Assembly: GCA_044229845.1 (NCBI GenBank)
Contig: JBGASG010000005.1
Coordinates: 128,001 to 192,000 of the forward strand
Direction: 5' to 3'
From: Candidatus Obscuribacteraceae bacterium
GTDB lineage: Bacteria > Cyanobacteriota > Vampirovibrionia > Obscuribacterales > Obscuribacteraceae
Length of the DNA stretch: 64,000 bases
Position 1 is the first letter of the stretch. Each line of letters opens with the position of its first letter. Shown here one piece after another: positions 28,151 through 37,664 of the stretch. The position numbers were made by a program, and so were the translations under genes. The notes beneath the pieces are model-generated. The model was not told the origin of the DNA, ran no database searches, and saw only the letters and a list, made by a program, of their open reading frames with translations.

Positions 28151-28192
28151 CCAATCGCCGCAATCTCAGCGATTGGTCGGTATACTAAGGAG
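28151..28192 (+). promoter_or_regulatory. 8-bp inverted repeat, TATACT -10-like box and AAGGAG RBS
   Basis: CCAATCGC (28151-28158) / GCGATTGG (28169-28176); TATACT 28181-28186; AAGGAG 28187-28192. Confidence 0.45.
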
Positions 28193-28196
28193 TCGT

Positions 28197-28967
28197 ATGA
28201 ACTCACAAACAACAATTGGTTGCCCTGGATGCGGAGAGCGCAATGACGCCGGCATGGCGTTCTGCATTTTCTGCGGACGGGCCATGTCCGGAAAAGCCAG
28301 CGAGGCATTGCCTCAACCGAACGTGCACTCGCAGGCTCATCAACAACCCCAGCAGCAAGCGGCGCCGGCGCCCAATCCGACGGCCGGTCAAGCGCAACTG
28401 ATGACGGTAACTTGCTTGTCGTGCGGGCGCTCTGACCCGCTCAACAAAGAATTTTGCATTTATTGTGGTGCCAAAGCTGCCACCTCGGCGGTCCGCCAGG
28501 CGCAGGGGCTGAACACCTCCGGCGTGCGGATGCAAACCGCAATTAATTCGCTGGAGAGCGACATACGCCAGACCGGTACCGAGCCGGCCAAGCCGCCAAA
28601 TATGGTGTTGCCTGGCGTGCTGGGGGCTTTCTTGGGACTGGCGCTGGGCGGCGGTATTGCTTTTGCGGCCCATCCGACTCTGCAGGCGCAAATGGTGCAG
28701 AAGAACTGGAATCCCGGCGCTCTGGTTATTTACGCCAACAAATCAGCCCAGATCATGGTTAAGAGCGTCGATGAAAAGACCTTCCTGGCGGCAGAGACTG
28801 CTGCGGTGGGCGCCAGCGGTTTGAGCTCCATCAGCATGGACGATTTGCCAGCAGGCAATTATGAGGTTACCATCACAGGTCAGGGCGGCAAACCCTTAAA
28901 TGAGAAGGTGACCATCGAGTCGGGAAAACCGACTGTGCTGGGATATCCGACCGAATTGCAGCTGTAA
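28197..28967 (+). CDS. Double zinc-ribbon membrane protein with C-terminal beta-sandwich (PEGA-like) domain
   Basis: CPGC..FCIFCG and CLSC..FCIYCG; one TM segment; LPAGNYEVTIT..G.....KVTIESGK; AAGGAG RBS. Confidence 0.8.
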   Translation: MNSQTTIGCPGCGERNDAGMAFCIFCGRAMSGKASEALPQPNVHSQAHQQPQQQAAPAPNPTAGQAQLMTVTCLSCGRSDPLNKEFCIYCGAKAATSAVRQAQGLNTSGVRMQTAINSLESDIRQTGTEPAKPPNMVLPGVLGAFLGLALGGGIAFAAHPTLQAQMVQKNWNPGALVIYANKSAQIMVKSVDEKTFLAAETAAVGASGLSSISMDDLPAGNYEVTITGQGGKPLNEKVTIESGKPTVLGYPTELQL

Positions 28968-29065
28968 AGGGATTAATACCTCTCCTGGTTTATCCGCAGT
29001 TGGCAAGGGAATGTTAAGGTGGCAGCCTCAGTACCAGTACCGGACTAACGACCAGAAGCGAGCGC

Positions 29066-30268
29066 ATGGAAACTGCCGACACAAAAATCATTCACTGCCC
29101 GACCTGCGGCATGCAGTATCGATATGGGGCCAAATTCTGCGGGCGTGATGGGACGCCGCTGAGCGACGAAAATTTACTGGCTGCCAATGCAACGCGCAAC
29201 AAGGTCTGCCCGGTTTGTCGCGTGCCCTATCCCGGCTATGCACAGTACTGCCCGCAAGACGCGAAAAAGCTGGTCGATGCTGACGATCCCAGTTTGCAAT
29301 CGGCTGTCGCGGGTGCTGCTGCCTCCGGTATGCACGCAGTCGAGAGTGCCTCCGAGCAGGTTATCGCCGACAAAACCAGCTTATGGACAGTTAAACAGGA
29401 CGACGAGGTCATCGGACGCACGCTGGCCGGCAAATATCGCATTGAGTCGCTGCTCGGCGAAGGCGGCATGGCCCAAGTATTCAAAGCCACGCACCTGGAC
29501 ATTGAAAAACCGGTCGTGATCAAAATCATGCACGCCAATTTGCCGGGCATGAAGAACGCTTACAAGCGATTTGAGCAGGAAAGCAAAGTCACCGCTAAGA
29601 TGAACCATCCGAACATCGTCTCGGTGTTCGATGGTGGCGTGCTCGATCAAAAACGTCCTTATCTGGTCATGGAATATATTGAAGGACAGTCACTGCGGTC
29701 GCGGCTGGGCGAAGGCGGAGTCGAAGGAACGCTGCCTTACGATCTGGCTCTCACAGTCTTGATTCAGATGTGCGCTGGACTGCAAGAAGCGCACAATTTC
29801 GAGGTTATTCACCGCGATCTCAAACCGGAAAATATCATGCTGCGCACGCAGCCTGATCGTCCGGACTGGGTGAAGATCGTCGACTTCGGTATCGCTCACT
29901 TGAAAGAGGGCGGGCAAAAGCTTACCGCCACCGGCGTTGCCGTCGGCACCGTCGATTACATGTCGCCCGAATACTTGAGCGACAAGCCGATCGATCACCG
30001 TGCCGATATTTACGCCATGGGCGTCATCCTCTACGAGATGATTACGGGGCGCTGCCCCTTTCAATCTGAAACTCCGGAAGCGGTCATGGCCAAGCACCTC
30101 TGGACGCCGCCGCCGGCGCCTTCCAAAGCCAGAGACGACATCAGACCCGGTTCGCTGCTCGACACTATCATTCTCAAATCCATGGCCAAAGAGCCGAACG
30201 AGCGCTATGCCAACGCTTCTGCCATGAAGAAAGAGCTGACGCAGGCGCTGCGCGAGTACGAGAAGTAG
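29066..30268 (+). CDS. Soluble Ser/Thr protein kinase with two N-terminal zinc ribbons
   Basis: CPTC..FCGRDG and CPVC..YCPQDA; GEGGMAQV, VVIK, HRDLKPEN, DFG and YMSPE; no TM segment. Confidence 0.93.
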   Translation: METADTKIIHCPTCGMQYRYGAKFCGRDGTPLSDENLLAANATRNKVCPVCRVPYPGYAQYCPQDAKKLVDADDPSLQSAVAGAAASGMHAVESASEQVIADKTSLWTVKQDDEVIGRTLAGKYRIESLLGEGGMAQVFKATHLDIEKPVVIKIMHANLPGMKNAYKRFEQESKVTAKMNHPNIVSVFDGGVLDQKRPYLVMEYIEGQSLRSRLGEGGVEGTLPYDLALTVLIQMCAGLQEAHNFEVIHRDLKPENIMLRTQPDRPDWVKIVDFGIAHLKEGGQKLTATGVAVGTVDYMSPEYLSDKPIDHRADIYAMGVILYEMITGRCPFQSETPEAVMAKHLWTPPPAPSKARDDIRPGSLLDTIILKSMAKEPNERYANASAMKKELTQALREYEK

Positions 30269-30339
30269 ATTTTTGAATGGACTCTAGATTAGTCCCGGTT
30301 AGCTTGGCTTCTGCCTCTACCGGCTAACATAGGGCGTCT

Positions 30340-32682
30340 ATGCCATTTGCAATTGCCAGTAGTCACTCTGAAAGTGCGGCGCCGAAAACGGCGGCGTCTT
30401 CAGTTGCGACGCCGGCGCCGTCGAGCGTGCCTCTGCCGGTGGTGGCACTTGCGCTGCTGGCGCTTTTCTCTCTTAATCTGAGTGTCTATCAAGGCGCCCT
30501 GGGCATCGGGTTTTTCTGCGATGACTTTGTACACCTGGCTTTCTTCAAGCAGGTGAGCGATCAGCAGCACTGGATGGCTTTACTGGAATGTTTCTGGCAG
30601 CCGTACTTGGACGCAGCCCGGGAGCTATATTATCGACCGCTGATGGAGACCAGTATTGCGTTTGATTCGCTTGTCTGGCAGGCGCAGCCGTTTGGTTTTC
30701 ACCTCACTAACATCATGATTCACTCAGCGGTAGCATCTCTTTTGGCGTGGAACATCGCTCAATTGCTAGCCGTGGACGAGCCTCAGACGGGCTGCAGCAA
30801 GCGCATCTTGATTGCCTTGGTTTGCGCGTGCCTTTTTTCTGTCTATCCGCTCGCCAGTGAGAGCGTCATCTGGATGATCGGGCGAGTAGACAGTCTGTGC
30901 TCAATGTTTTACTTAGCGGCGCTCGGATGTTTTCAGCGTCACTGCAGCCGTGACTGGGCAGATTCACTTCATCTGGGATGGCGCAGCAGGTGGCTGAGCC
31001 CCTGGCTGATGTCGACTCTGATTTGTTTCGCTGCCGCACTATGCTGTAAGGAAATGGCGGTGACACTGCCCGTGGTGCTGACGCTCTACTGCTGTTTCTT
31101 TGCGCGCCGCTATTTGCGGCACAGTCTCTTATTATGGGTGGTGGTGGCGGCCTATCTGCTGGTGCGCACGACAGTGTTAGGCACGGTCATTGGCGGACCG
31201 GTGGCGGTGCGTTCGTTGCATGCGCCAATTTTGTCCCGCATTCTAGATCCCAATTGCTACTTTCGCCTTTTCGTTCCCGTGAAGGCCTCTTTAGAGTATT
31301 CGACGCTCTTCATGCGTTTGCTGACCGTGCTCTGGATTGGTCTGGCGGCACTTTTGCCCTGGCGCAAGCCCAGTCGCGCGATCGTATTTTGCTTTTTATG
31401 GTCGGTGATCTCGCTGGCGCCGGCGGTTCCAGTTTTCTACATTGGCGAGCAGATGGAGAACGGCCGTCTGGTTTATATGATGGCTGGACCTTTGCTCTCT
31501 GTGCTGGTCATTGCTTGCTTCCGCATGCGAACTAAAGCCGTGCTGTTTTTGCTCACTGCGCTGGGCTGCGCTTTTTCCGCCATAACTGTCTCTACCGTCG
31601 CAGTTTGGAAAGCTGCCGACGTCGAGTCTGATCGGTTCATCAATGAAGTCCGCAACCTGCAGCGACCCGGCTGCATCATCAACCCGCCACTCATTCACCA
31701 GGGCGCTTTCCAGTTTCTCACCGCTGCTTCCGTGCACCTGGCATTACAGCTGCTGCCCGAAGAAGAGTCGCGCCGAGCAATTTTGAATACTGCGTTTCTC
31801 GAGCCGCTGTTTGTCGCTAATAACTGCGGCGCGCTCAATATCACGGAGTTGCGAAACCGGCTCTGGCAGGGTGAAGACGTGTTCACCTGGAACGGCGAAC
31901 GGTTGGTGCACGTTGAGGAGATGCCCGAACTGCACCCGACACACCAGTCGGCTGAGATCGTTGCCCCGACGCCGATGCTGCCGCCTTACTGTCTGCCTGA
32001 CGCTCGCATCGTCAACTTTCGCAAGCCGTTTACGACGCTCAACATGGATCTGCTTGATGTGGATGTCCAGGCTCAGAAAGTGCAAAAGTCCAATTACGAC
32101 TGCTGGTTGACGGTCACACCGCGCGACAAAGAAAGGGCGATTCCGGAGATTCATGTACCTTTTACCGGACCCGGTCGCTATCGAATCTGCATTTCGGATC
32201 GCCTCAACTGGTTCGAGCACGGACAGATCAAATCGCTGGAAGTGCGTCTATCTGATTGCGCCTGGCGATTTAAGGCGTTGCAAGTGACGGCGCGCCCGAA
32301 GGCGGAGGACAGCCCTGTGTTGACGCGCCCGCAGCCCGATTCGGAAGGAGTGGTGCGCGCCACCGCGACGACCTTGTTTCAAGCTGATGCTTCGATGATG
32401 CCGAAAGCGCAACGCATTCTTGTGCACGTATCAAATGCGCACTACAGACTTATGGAATCCCGCTGGAGTATCTTTCAGGCACCAGTGACGGTGAAACTTC
32501 CGGGTGAAGGATTTCAACTGCCGGGCAAAGTCGTTTCGTTTTCGATACCTGATTTTGCCGTCCCCGACAAGAATGCCACCTACGAAGTGCGCGTCGGTGC
32601 TCTCGACGCATCGGGCAAACCCACCGGTTATTGGTCGGATCCCGTGTCCATCTCGTTTGCAGCAGCGGGGGGACAGAAGTGA
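30340..32682 (+). CDS. GT-C fold membrane glycosyltransferase (PMT/TMTC-like) with C-terminal soluble domain
   Basis: DDF, YYRPL, GFHLTN..IH, ESVIW..GRVD and KEMAV motifs; many TM segments. Confidence 0.78.
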   Translation: MPFAIASSHSESAAPKTAASSVATPAPSSVPLPVVALALLALFSLNLSVYQGALGIGFFCDDFVHLAFFKQVSDQQHWMALLECFWQPYLDAARELYYRPLMETSIAFDSLVWQAQPFGFHLTNIMIHSAVASLLAWNIAQLLAVDEPQTGCSKRILIALVCACLFSVYPLASESVIWMIGRVDSLCSMFYLAALGCFQRHCSRDWADSLHLGWRSRWLSPWLMSTLICFAAALCCKEMAVTLPVVLTLYCCFFARRYLRHSLLLWVVVAAYLLVRTTVLGTVIGGPVAVRSLHAPILSRILDPNCYFRLFVPVKASLEYSTLFMRLLTVLWIGLAALLPWRKPSRAIVFCFLWSVISLAPAVPVFYIGEQMENGRLVYMMAGPLLSVLVIACFRMRTKAVLFLLTALGCAFSAITVSTVAVWKAADVESDRFINEVRNLQRPGCIINPPLIHQGAFQFLTAASVHLALQLLPEEESRRAILNTAFLEPLFVANNCGALNITELRNRLWQGEDVFTWNGERLVHVEEMPELHPTHQSAEIVAPTPMLPPYCLPDARIVNFRKPFTTLNMDLLDVDVQAQKVQKSNYDCWLTVTPRDKERAIPEIHVPFTGPGRYRICISDRLNWFEHGQIKSLEVRLSDCAWRFKALQVTARPKAEDSPVLTRPQPDSEGVVRATATTLFQADASMMPKAQRILVHVSNAHYRLMESRWSIFQAPVTVKLPGEGFQLPGKVVSFSIPDFAVPDKNATYEVRVGALDASGKPTGYWSDPVSISFAAAGGQK

Positions 32683-34514
32683 TTGTAGTTTTGCTCTGTC
32701 TGGCGACTTTCCTCGGTCTGGTACTGCTCTCGTTCGGCAAGGCTTTTGTCTGCGGCTTTCTCGCTGATGACTACGTGGCGCTCAAAGAAGTGGCCTGCAC
32801 CGACTGGATTTCGGCATTGCTGTCTCCCTGGCAATCAACCAATTTCCAGGAGTTGTATCGTCCGTTCTCGCAGCTTAGTTTTATCATCGACCACTGGCTG
32901 TACGCGCAAAATGCCGTCGGTTTCCATTTCACCAACATCTTCGTGCATTCGCTGGCCGCGGTCTTCCTGGCGCTATCGGTGCGGGAGATTGCCAGGGTCC
33001 AGGGCATATCGCGCGGCCCATTTCTGGCTTTTGCGGCGGGCGCTATTTTTGCGGTGGCGCCCTTGCACTGCGAGACGGTCGTTTGGATTACCGGGCGGGT
33101 TGATGCGCTGGCGACGATGTTTCTTTTCGCGGCATTCTGGTGTTTCGTGCGCGCCTATCATTGCGATCAAGGCGGCGAGAAACTCGCCCGCAGGCTGGTG
33201 CCCGTCTTGTTCGGCTGCGGTATTTTGTGCAAGGAGTCGGCGGTGGTGCTGCCTCTGGTGGCGGTCTTGTATGCGGCTATCTTGCCGCGTCGGGGCGAAT
33301 CTGCGTGGCAGCGGATCAGGCTGTCCGGCACCATGCTGGTACCGCTTTTCTTCGCATTGTTCATGATTTTAGGCTGCCGGTACATCGTGCTGGGAACCGC
33401 CGGTGGCGGCTATCTAGGCATGCCTTCTCTGGATGCGTTCGAGTTTTTCAGTCGCTTCGGTCCGGAACCGATCTGGCGTCTTTTCTTCCCCTTCAATGCC
33501 AGCGTGGTGCGGGAAGAAGGTCCGATGTATCTTCTAATGCGGTGGTTTTATGTGCTGCTCAGCATGCGTGTCCTGCTCAACATCGGAGCTTATTCTGCCA
33601 ATAACCTTTATTTGCGCCTCTTGCTCTTTGCCTTCTGCGCGTTCTGGGTCAGCCTATTGCCGGTCGTTTCCATCGCGTTCATGGGCTCTGATACTCTGGG
33701 CAGCCGTTTCTTCTATATGTCCGGCGCGTGGCTCGCCCTCGGCTTCGCGCTTTTAATTGTGCCCAGCGACGCCACCAGAAGGGCGCCCTGGCTGGCTGTT
33801 ACGACAAGCGGTCTTTTGCTTGTGGCGTTTCTGGCAGTGCGCTTGCTGGTCGCCCAGTCCAACAGCGGTGCCTGGGTTCTCGGGGCTGATCTGACCAATC
33901 ATATACGGGGGCTGGTGGCGCAGGTGGTGCGGCAGATTCCGCCCGGCAGTAAAATCCTTTATGTCAACCCACCTCGGCAATACCAGGGGGCGCACATCTG
34001 CTACAACTCGACGATGCTCTCCGCGTTATTGCAGGAAAACGGCGACCGCGTCGTCAGCGTGCAGCCGCGCTATTTCTGGAACCGCGACCCCGTCTCGCTG
34101 GCGCAACTAGATCAGTTTGCTTACCGCAAGGACGTAGCTGTCAGCCTGATCGACAACGCAGACGGATCGGTCTCTCGCGACCGCAGTCTGACTGCCATCA
34201 AGTGCGATGCCACCATTTCGGATCAGGGCGCCATCGTGCTGTTGCCGACGCCTTCGGTGTTCCATTTCGACGCCCACAGAATCAAGGGCTGCAAGCAGAT
34301 GCTCGTGCAGATCAGCCGACCAAACCAGTCTTTCTCTTTGTTCGATTGGCGGGCGTGCTACAGACAACTGCGCTTCCAGGGAGATCGGGGCACGTTCTGG
34401 CTGACGAAATGGGATCTCTGGACTCCGGGCGTTTACGAGATGAGGTTCGCAGCCGGTGACGCCAACGGCAAGCCGCTCGAACCCTGGTCAAACCTCTTGG
34501 TGCTGCGACGCTGA
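32679..34514 (+). CDS. GT-C fold membrane glycosyltransferase, tandem paralog
   Basis: DDY, LYRPF, GFHFTN..VH, ETVVWITGRVD and KESAV motifs; the GTG start overlaps the previous stop (GTGA). Confidence 0.78.
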   Translation: MIVVLLCLATFLGLVLLSFGKAFVCGFLADDYVALKEVACTDWISALLSPWQSTNFQELYRPFSQLSFIIDHWLYAQNAVGFHFTNIFVHSLAAVFLALSVREIARVQGISRGPFLAFAAGAIFAVAPLHCETVVWITGRVDALATMFLFAAFWCFVRAYHCDQGGEKLARRLVPVLFGCGILCKESAVVLPLVAVLYAAILPRRGESAWQRIRLSGTMLVPLFFALFMILGCRYIVLGTAGGGYLGMPSLDAFEFFSRFGPEPIWRLFFPFNASVVREEGPMYLLMRWFYVLLSMRVLLNIGAYSANNLYLRLLLFAFCAFWVSLLPVVSIAFMGSDTLGSRFFYMSGAWLALGFALLIVPSDATRRAPWLAVTTSGLLLVAFLAVRLLVAQSNSGAWVLGADLTNHIRGLVAQVVRQIPPGSKILYVNPPRQYQGAHICYNSTMLSALLQENGDRVVSVQPRYFWNRDPVSLAQLDQFAYRKDVAVSLIDNADGSVSRDRSLTAIKCDATISDQGAIVLLPTPSVFHFDAHRIKGCKQMLVQISRPNQSFSLFDWRACYRQLRFQGDRGTFWLTKWDLWTPGVYEMRFAAGDANGKPLEPWSNLLVLRR

Positions 34515-34625
34515 CTTTTCCTCTTTGCACCTTAGAGTTTGTGAAGCTAGTATGGCTGTGGCATAGATCAAAGGACTATATCGTGGTACTTTAGGCGCCT
34601 TCCCCGCATATATAGGAAACGCGCC

Positions 34626-35651
34626 GTGCCCAGCATTCATGACTTTATCGAGCATCACTATCGTCACTTCAATGCCGCCACGTTGAAGGACGCTGCCCGC
34701 GCCTATGTTGAGCACCTCAACAAGGGCGGCGTCATGTTTATGACGCTGGCCGGTGCCATGAGCACGGCTGAGCTGGGACTGTCGCTGGCTGAAATGATTC
34801 GCCAGGACAAAGTGCACGCCATCACCTGCACCGGCGCCAACCTCGAGGAAGATGTCTTCAATCTGGTGGCGCACGATCACTACAAGCGCATTCCCAATTA
34901 CCGCGAGCTGACTCCCGCTGAAGAAACTAAGCTGCGCCAGCAGGGCATGAACCGCGTCACCGACACGTGCATTCCGGAAGATACGGCGATTCGCAAAATC
35001 GAGCATCATGTCTTGAAGCTGTGGGAAGAAGCCGACAAGGCCGGCCAGCGTTTCTTCCCTCACGAATTCATGTACAAGCTTCTCAAGTCGGGCGTTCTGG
35101 AAAGCGAATACCAGATTGACCCCAAAGATTCGTGGCTGCTCGCGGCCGCTGAAAAAAATCTGCCGATCTTCGTACCTGGCTGGGAAGACAGCACGCTCGG
35201 CAATATCTTCGTTTCGCACGTCATCTCCAAAGAGCTGAGCTCTTGCCAGATAGTGCGCGGCGGTACCGAGTACATGATGGAACTGGTCGAGTGGTACACC
35301 AAGGTTTCTGCAGAGAAAGCCGGCATCGGTTTCTTTCAGATCGGTGGTGGTATCGCCGGTGACTTCCCGATCTGTGTTGTGCCACTAATCCATCAGGACT
35401 TGCAGCGCCAGTGCCCATACTGGGACTACTTCTGCCAGATCTCCGACAGCACGACGTCCTACGGTTCATACAGCGGCGCTGTGCCGAACGAGAAGATCAC
35501 CTGGGGCAAGCTGGAAGAAACCACACCGCGCTTCGTAATCGAATCTGATGCCACCATCGTGGCGCCGCTGATCTTCGCCTACGTGTTGGAGAGCAACCAG
35601 AACTCCGGCGCCAAAGTCGGAGCCGCGGCGGGCGCGCGCGCCAAAAGCTAG
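34626..35651 (+). CDS. Deoxyhypusine synthase-family protein (probable homospermidine synthase)
   Basis: TLAGAMSTAELG, CTGANLEED, PGWEDS, IGGG and YSGAVPNEKITWGK (catalytic Lys) motifs. Confidence 0.92.
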   Translation: MPSIHDFIEHHYRHFNAATLKDAARAYVEHLNKGGVMFMTLAGAMSTAELGLSLAEMIRQDKVHAITCTGANLEEDVFNLVAHDHYKRIPNYRELTPAEETKLRQQGMNRVTDTCIPEDTAIRKIEHHVLKLWEEADKAGQRFFPHEFMYKLLKSGVLESEYQIDPKDSWLLAAAEKNLPIFVPGWEDSTLGNIFVSHVISKELSSCQIVRGGTEYMMELVEWYTKVSAEKAGIGFFQIGGGIAGDFPICVVPLIHQDLQRQCPYWDYFCQISDSTTSYGSYSGAVPNEKITWGKLEETTPRFVIESDATIVAPLIFAYVLESNQNSGAKVGAAAGARAKS

Positions 35652-35676
35652 TCGGAAGTCTGCCTGACTGTCTGAA

Positions 35677-36552
35677 CTACTGCTGGCTGAAGCCCTCGGT
35701 GCCGGCTAGATGATTTAACACGGCCGCCATGCGCGACACGTCGTTGAGCATGCGCCGCTCTTTGTCGCCGGCGGATGAGGTCTGCAGATTGGCTACGAGA
35801 TTGCTGCCTTCCAGAGTGCTTTCCACGGAAAACTCGATAATCGCGGCGTTCTCGCCTTGAATCACTTGCGCGTTGCGGCGCGCCAGGTTGTCGCCGGGAT
35901 GCAGGTCTTGCCTGGTCAGCTTTTTGTCGGAGCCGACGAATTCTACACCTGGTGGAATTGAGTACACCTTGCCGTTGAAGTTGATGCGCACCGTGTCACC
36001 CAAGCCATCAAGATTGGAGACTCTCAGCACACCTCCTTTGTAGCTCACCAGTACATCGGAATTCGAGAAGATCGCCACCGAACCGATCGGCGTGATGATC
36101 ATGCCGGTGTTGGATGGTTTCTTGACTCCGACCAGCACCTGCCCGGCGTTGAGATTGACGCTGTACAAATTCGGCTTGGTAAATTCAGAAAGTGGTGCCC
36201 ACTTCACCTCGATAAATTCCGGCGAGCCGCCCAGCTCTTCTTGTTTTGGAAAGGCGCTCTCCGGCATCGTGTGAAACCCTGCCAACAGACCCGGACCCGT
36301 CCCTGACGGCGTGAGCATGCCGCCCGTCACTGTAATCGACTGCGGGAATTGACTGGTGACGTCCGTTGGCACCACGATTGGTGGCACGAAGGTGCGTGGG
36401 GGTGGCGTCAATGGATTGAGGGGGTTGGTCGGCGGTCCGTAAGTGCCTTGCGACAGCGTGAATTGCGGCGTGCTGAAAGCGATGGCCAAAAGGCCTGCTG
36501 AAATGGCCACTGTGGCTGCGCCGGAAAGAAGTCTTTTTCGCTTTGGACTCAT
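35677..36552 (-). CDS. Exported Pro-rich protein with FecR-like domain
   Basis: Basic N-terminus plus hydrophobic segment; Pro-rich region; V.L..GQVLVGVKKP...ITPIGSVAI...V..L.G...PG.E. Confidence 0.7.
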   Translation of the reverse strand: MSPKRKRLLSGAATVAISAGLLAIAFSTPQFTLSQGTYGPPTNPLNPLTPPPRTFVPPIVVPTDVTSQFPQSITVTGGMLTPSGTGPGLLAGFHTMPESAFPKQEELGGSPEFIEVKWAPLSEFTKPNLYSVNLNAGQVLVGVKKPSNTGMIITPIGSVAIFSNSDVLVSYKGGVLRVSNLDGLGDTVRINFNGKVYSIPPGVEFVGSDKKLTRQDLHPGDNLARRNAQVIQGENAAIIEFSVESTLEGSNLVANLQTSSAGDKERRMLNDVSRMAAVLNHLAGTEGFSQQ

Positions 36553-36653
36553 CTCGTAATCGTCCTACAATCCGCGAATTTAATCTAGATAATCGCCCTA
36601 AAAATTCGGACCGCCATGTCAAGGAATACAATATGGATGGGAGGCTCGGCTGC

Positions 36654-37664
36654 ATGGACATCCGCTCAAGAATAGCCGCATATACAGCTTTTGTTTTGTT
36701 GTCGGGCAACTGGGCCGGGCAGGCACATGGTGCGGCTGCGTTGGGCGGCGGTGGTGGACCAGGACCTGGTCCGCAGGTGCCGTCGGGCCAGCCGGTGATT
36801 CCCGTCATCCCGGTCTACCACCCGCCGATCCAGACACCTGTAACTCCGCCTGTGGTCGTGCGAACACCGCCACCGGTAGTTGCTACGCCACCGCGCATTT
36901 TTACGCCGCCGCCGACGGTCAACTCCGTTTTGCCGCCCAATATTTTGCCCACCGACGTCACCGGGCGTATCACTGGCGTTGAAGGGCAGCTGCCGCAGAA
37001 TGCGTCAGCTCTCAGTGGCATCAAATTGAGCACGTTTCCCAGCAAAGAAGCCGGTCGCGATGAGGAGCCAGGGATTACCGCCCGGGGCGACGAAAATGCT
37101 GTTTTCCACAAACAATCGCCGTTCTTCGTCAAGTATGAAAAGGGTGACGTCATGGTTTCGATTCGCAAGCCGTGCCGGCTTGGTTTCGTCAGCACGCCGC
37201 TGGGTGAGATTGCGCTTACCGGCGACGCAGATATCATGATGTCCGACAGCGAAGATGGTGTGTTGCACATTTTTAATCTGAGCGGCAACGGTGAAACTGT
37301 GCGCATTAAGTTCAGTGACGCGGTGCTGCCTGATGAGAAGGAGAAGACATTTGCGCTCGCTCCAGGCTACGAGCTAATCGGCGCGCCTCATCAGCTCTCG
37401 TATCATGAGATCAGGCGGCAAGACTCAATTGCGCGACGCAACTTCAAAGTGATACAAAATGGTCAGGTGGCCGTTTGCGAATTTAGCGTCGAGTCGGTGC
37501 TCGTTTCCTCGAATGTGATCGCCAAGCTGCAAAGCTCGGAGGCAGGACCCAAAGATCGACGCGTCATAGCGGACCTGTCCAAAATGGCCGCAGTGCTTAA
37601 TGAAATCAATGGCCCGTATGGCTACACAGTCGAAACAGTCAGTGGATCAATGGCTCAGAAATAG
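36654..37664 (+). CDS. Exported Pro-rich protein with FecR-like domain (paralog of 35677-36552)
   Basis: GGGAGG RBS before ATG 36654; signal peptide; shares PTDVT, TP.G..A, EFSVES.L..SN and D.S.MAAVLN with the divergent gene. Confidence 0.72.
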   Translation: MDIRSRIAAYTAFVLLSGNWAGQAHGAAALGGGGGPGPGPQVPSGQPVIPVIPVYHPPIQTPVTPPVVVRTPPPVVATPPRIFTPPPTVNSVLPPNILPTDVTGRITGVEGQLPQNASALSGIKLSTFPSKEAGRDEEPGITARGDENAVFHKQSPFFVKYEKGDVMVSIRKPCRLGFVSTPLGEIALTGDADIMMSDSEDGVLHIFNLSGNGETVRIKFSDAVLPDEKEKTFALAPGYELIGAPHQLSYHEIRRQDSIARRNFKVIQNGQVAVCEFSVESVLVSSNVIAKLQSSEAGPKDRRVIADLSKMAAVLNEINGPYGYTVETVSGSMAQK

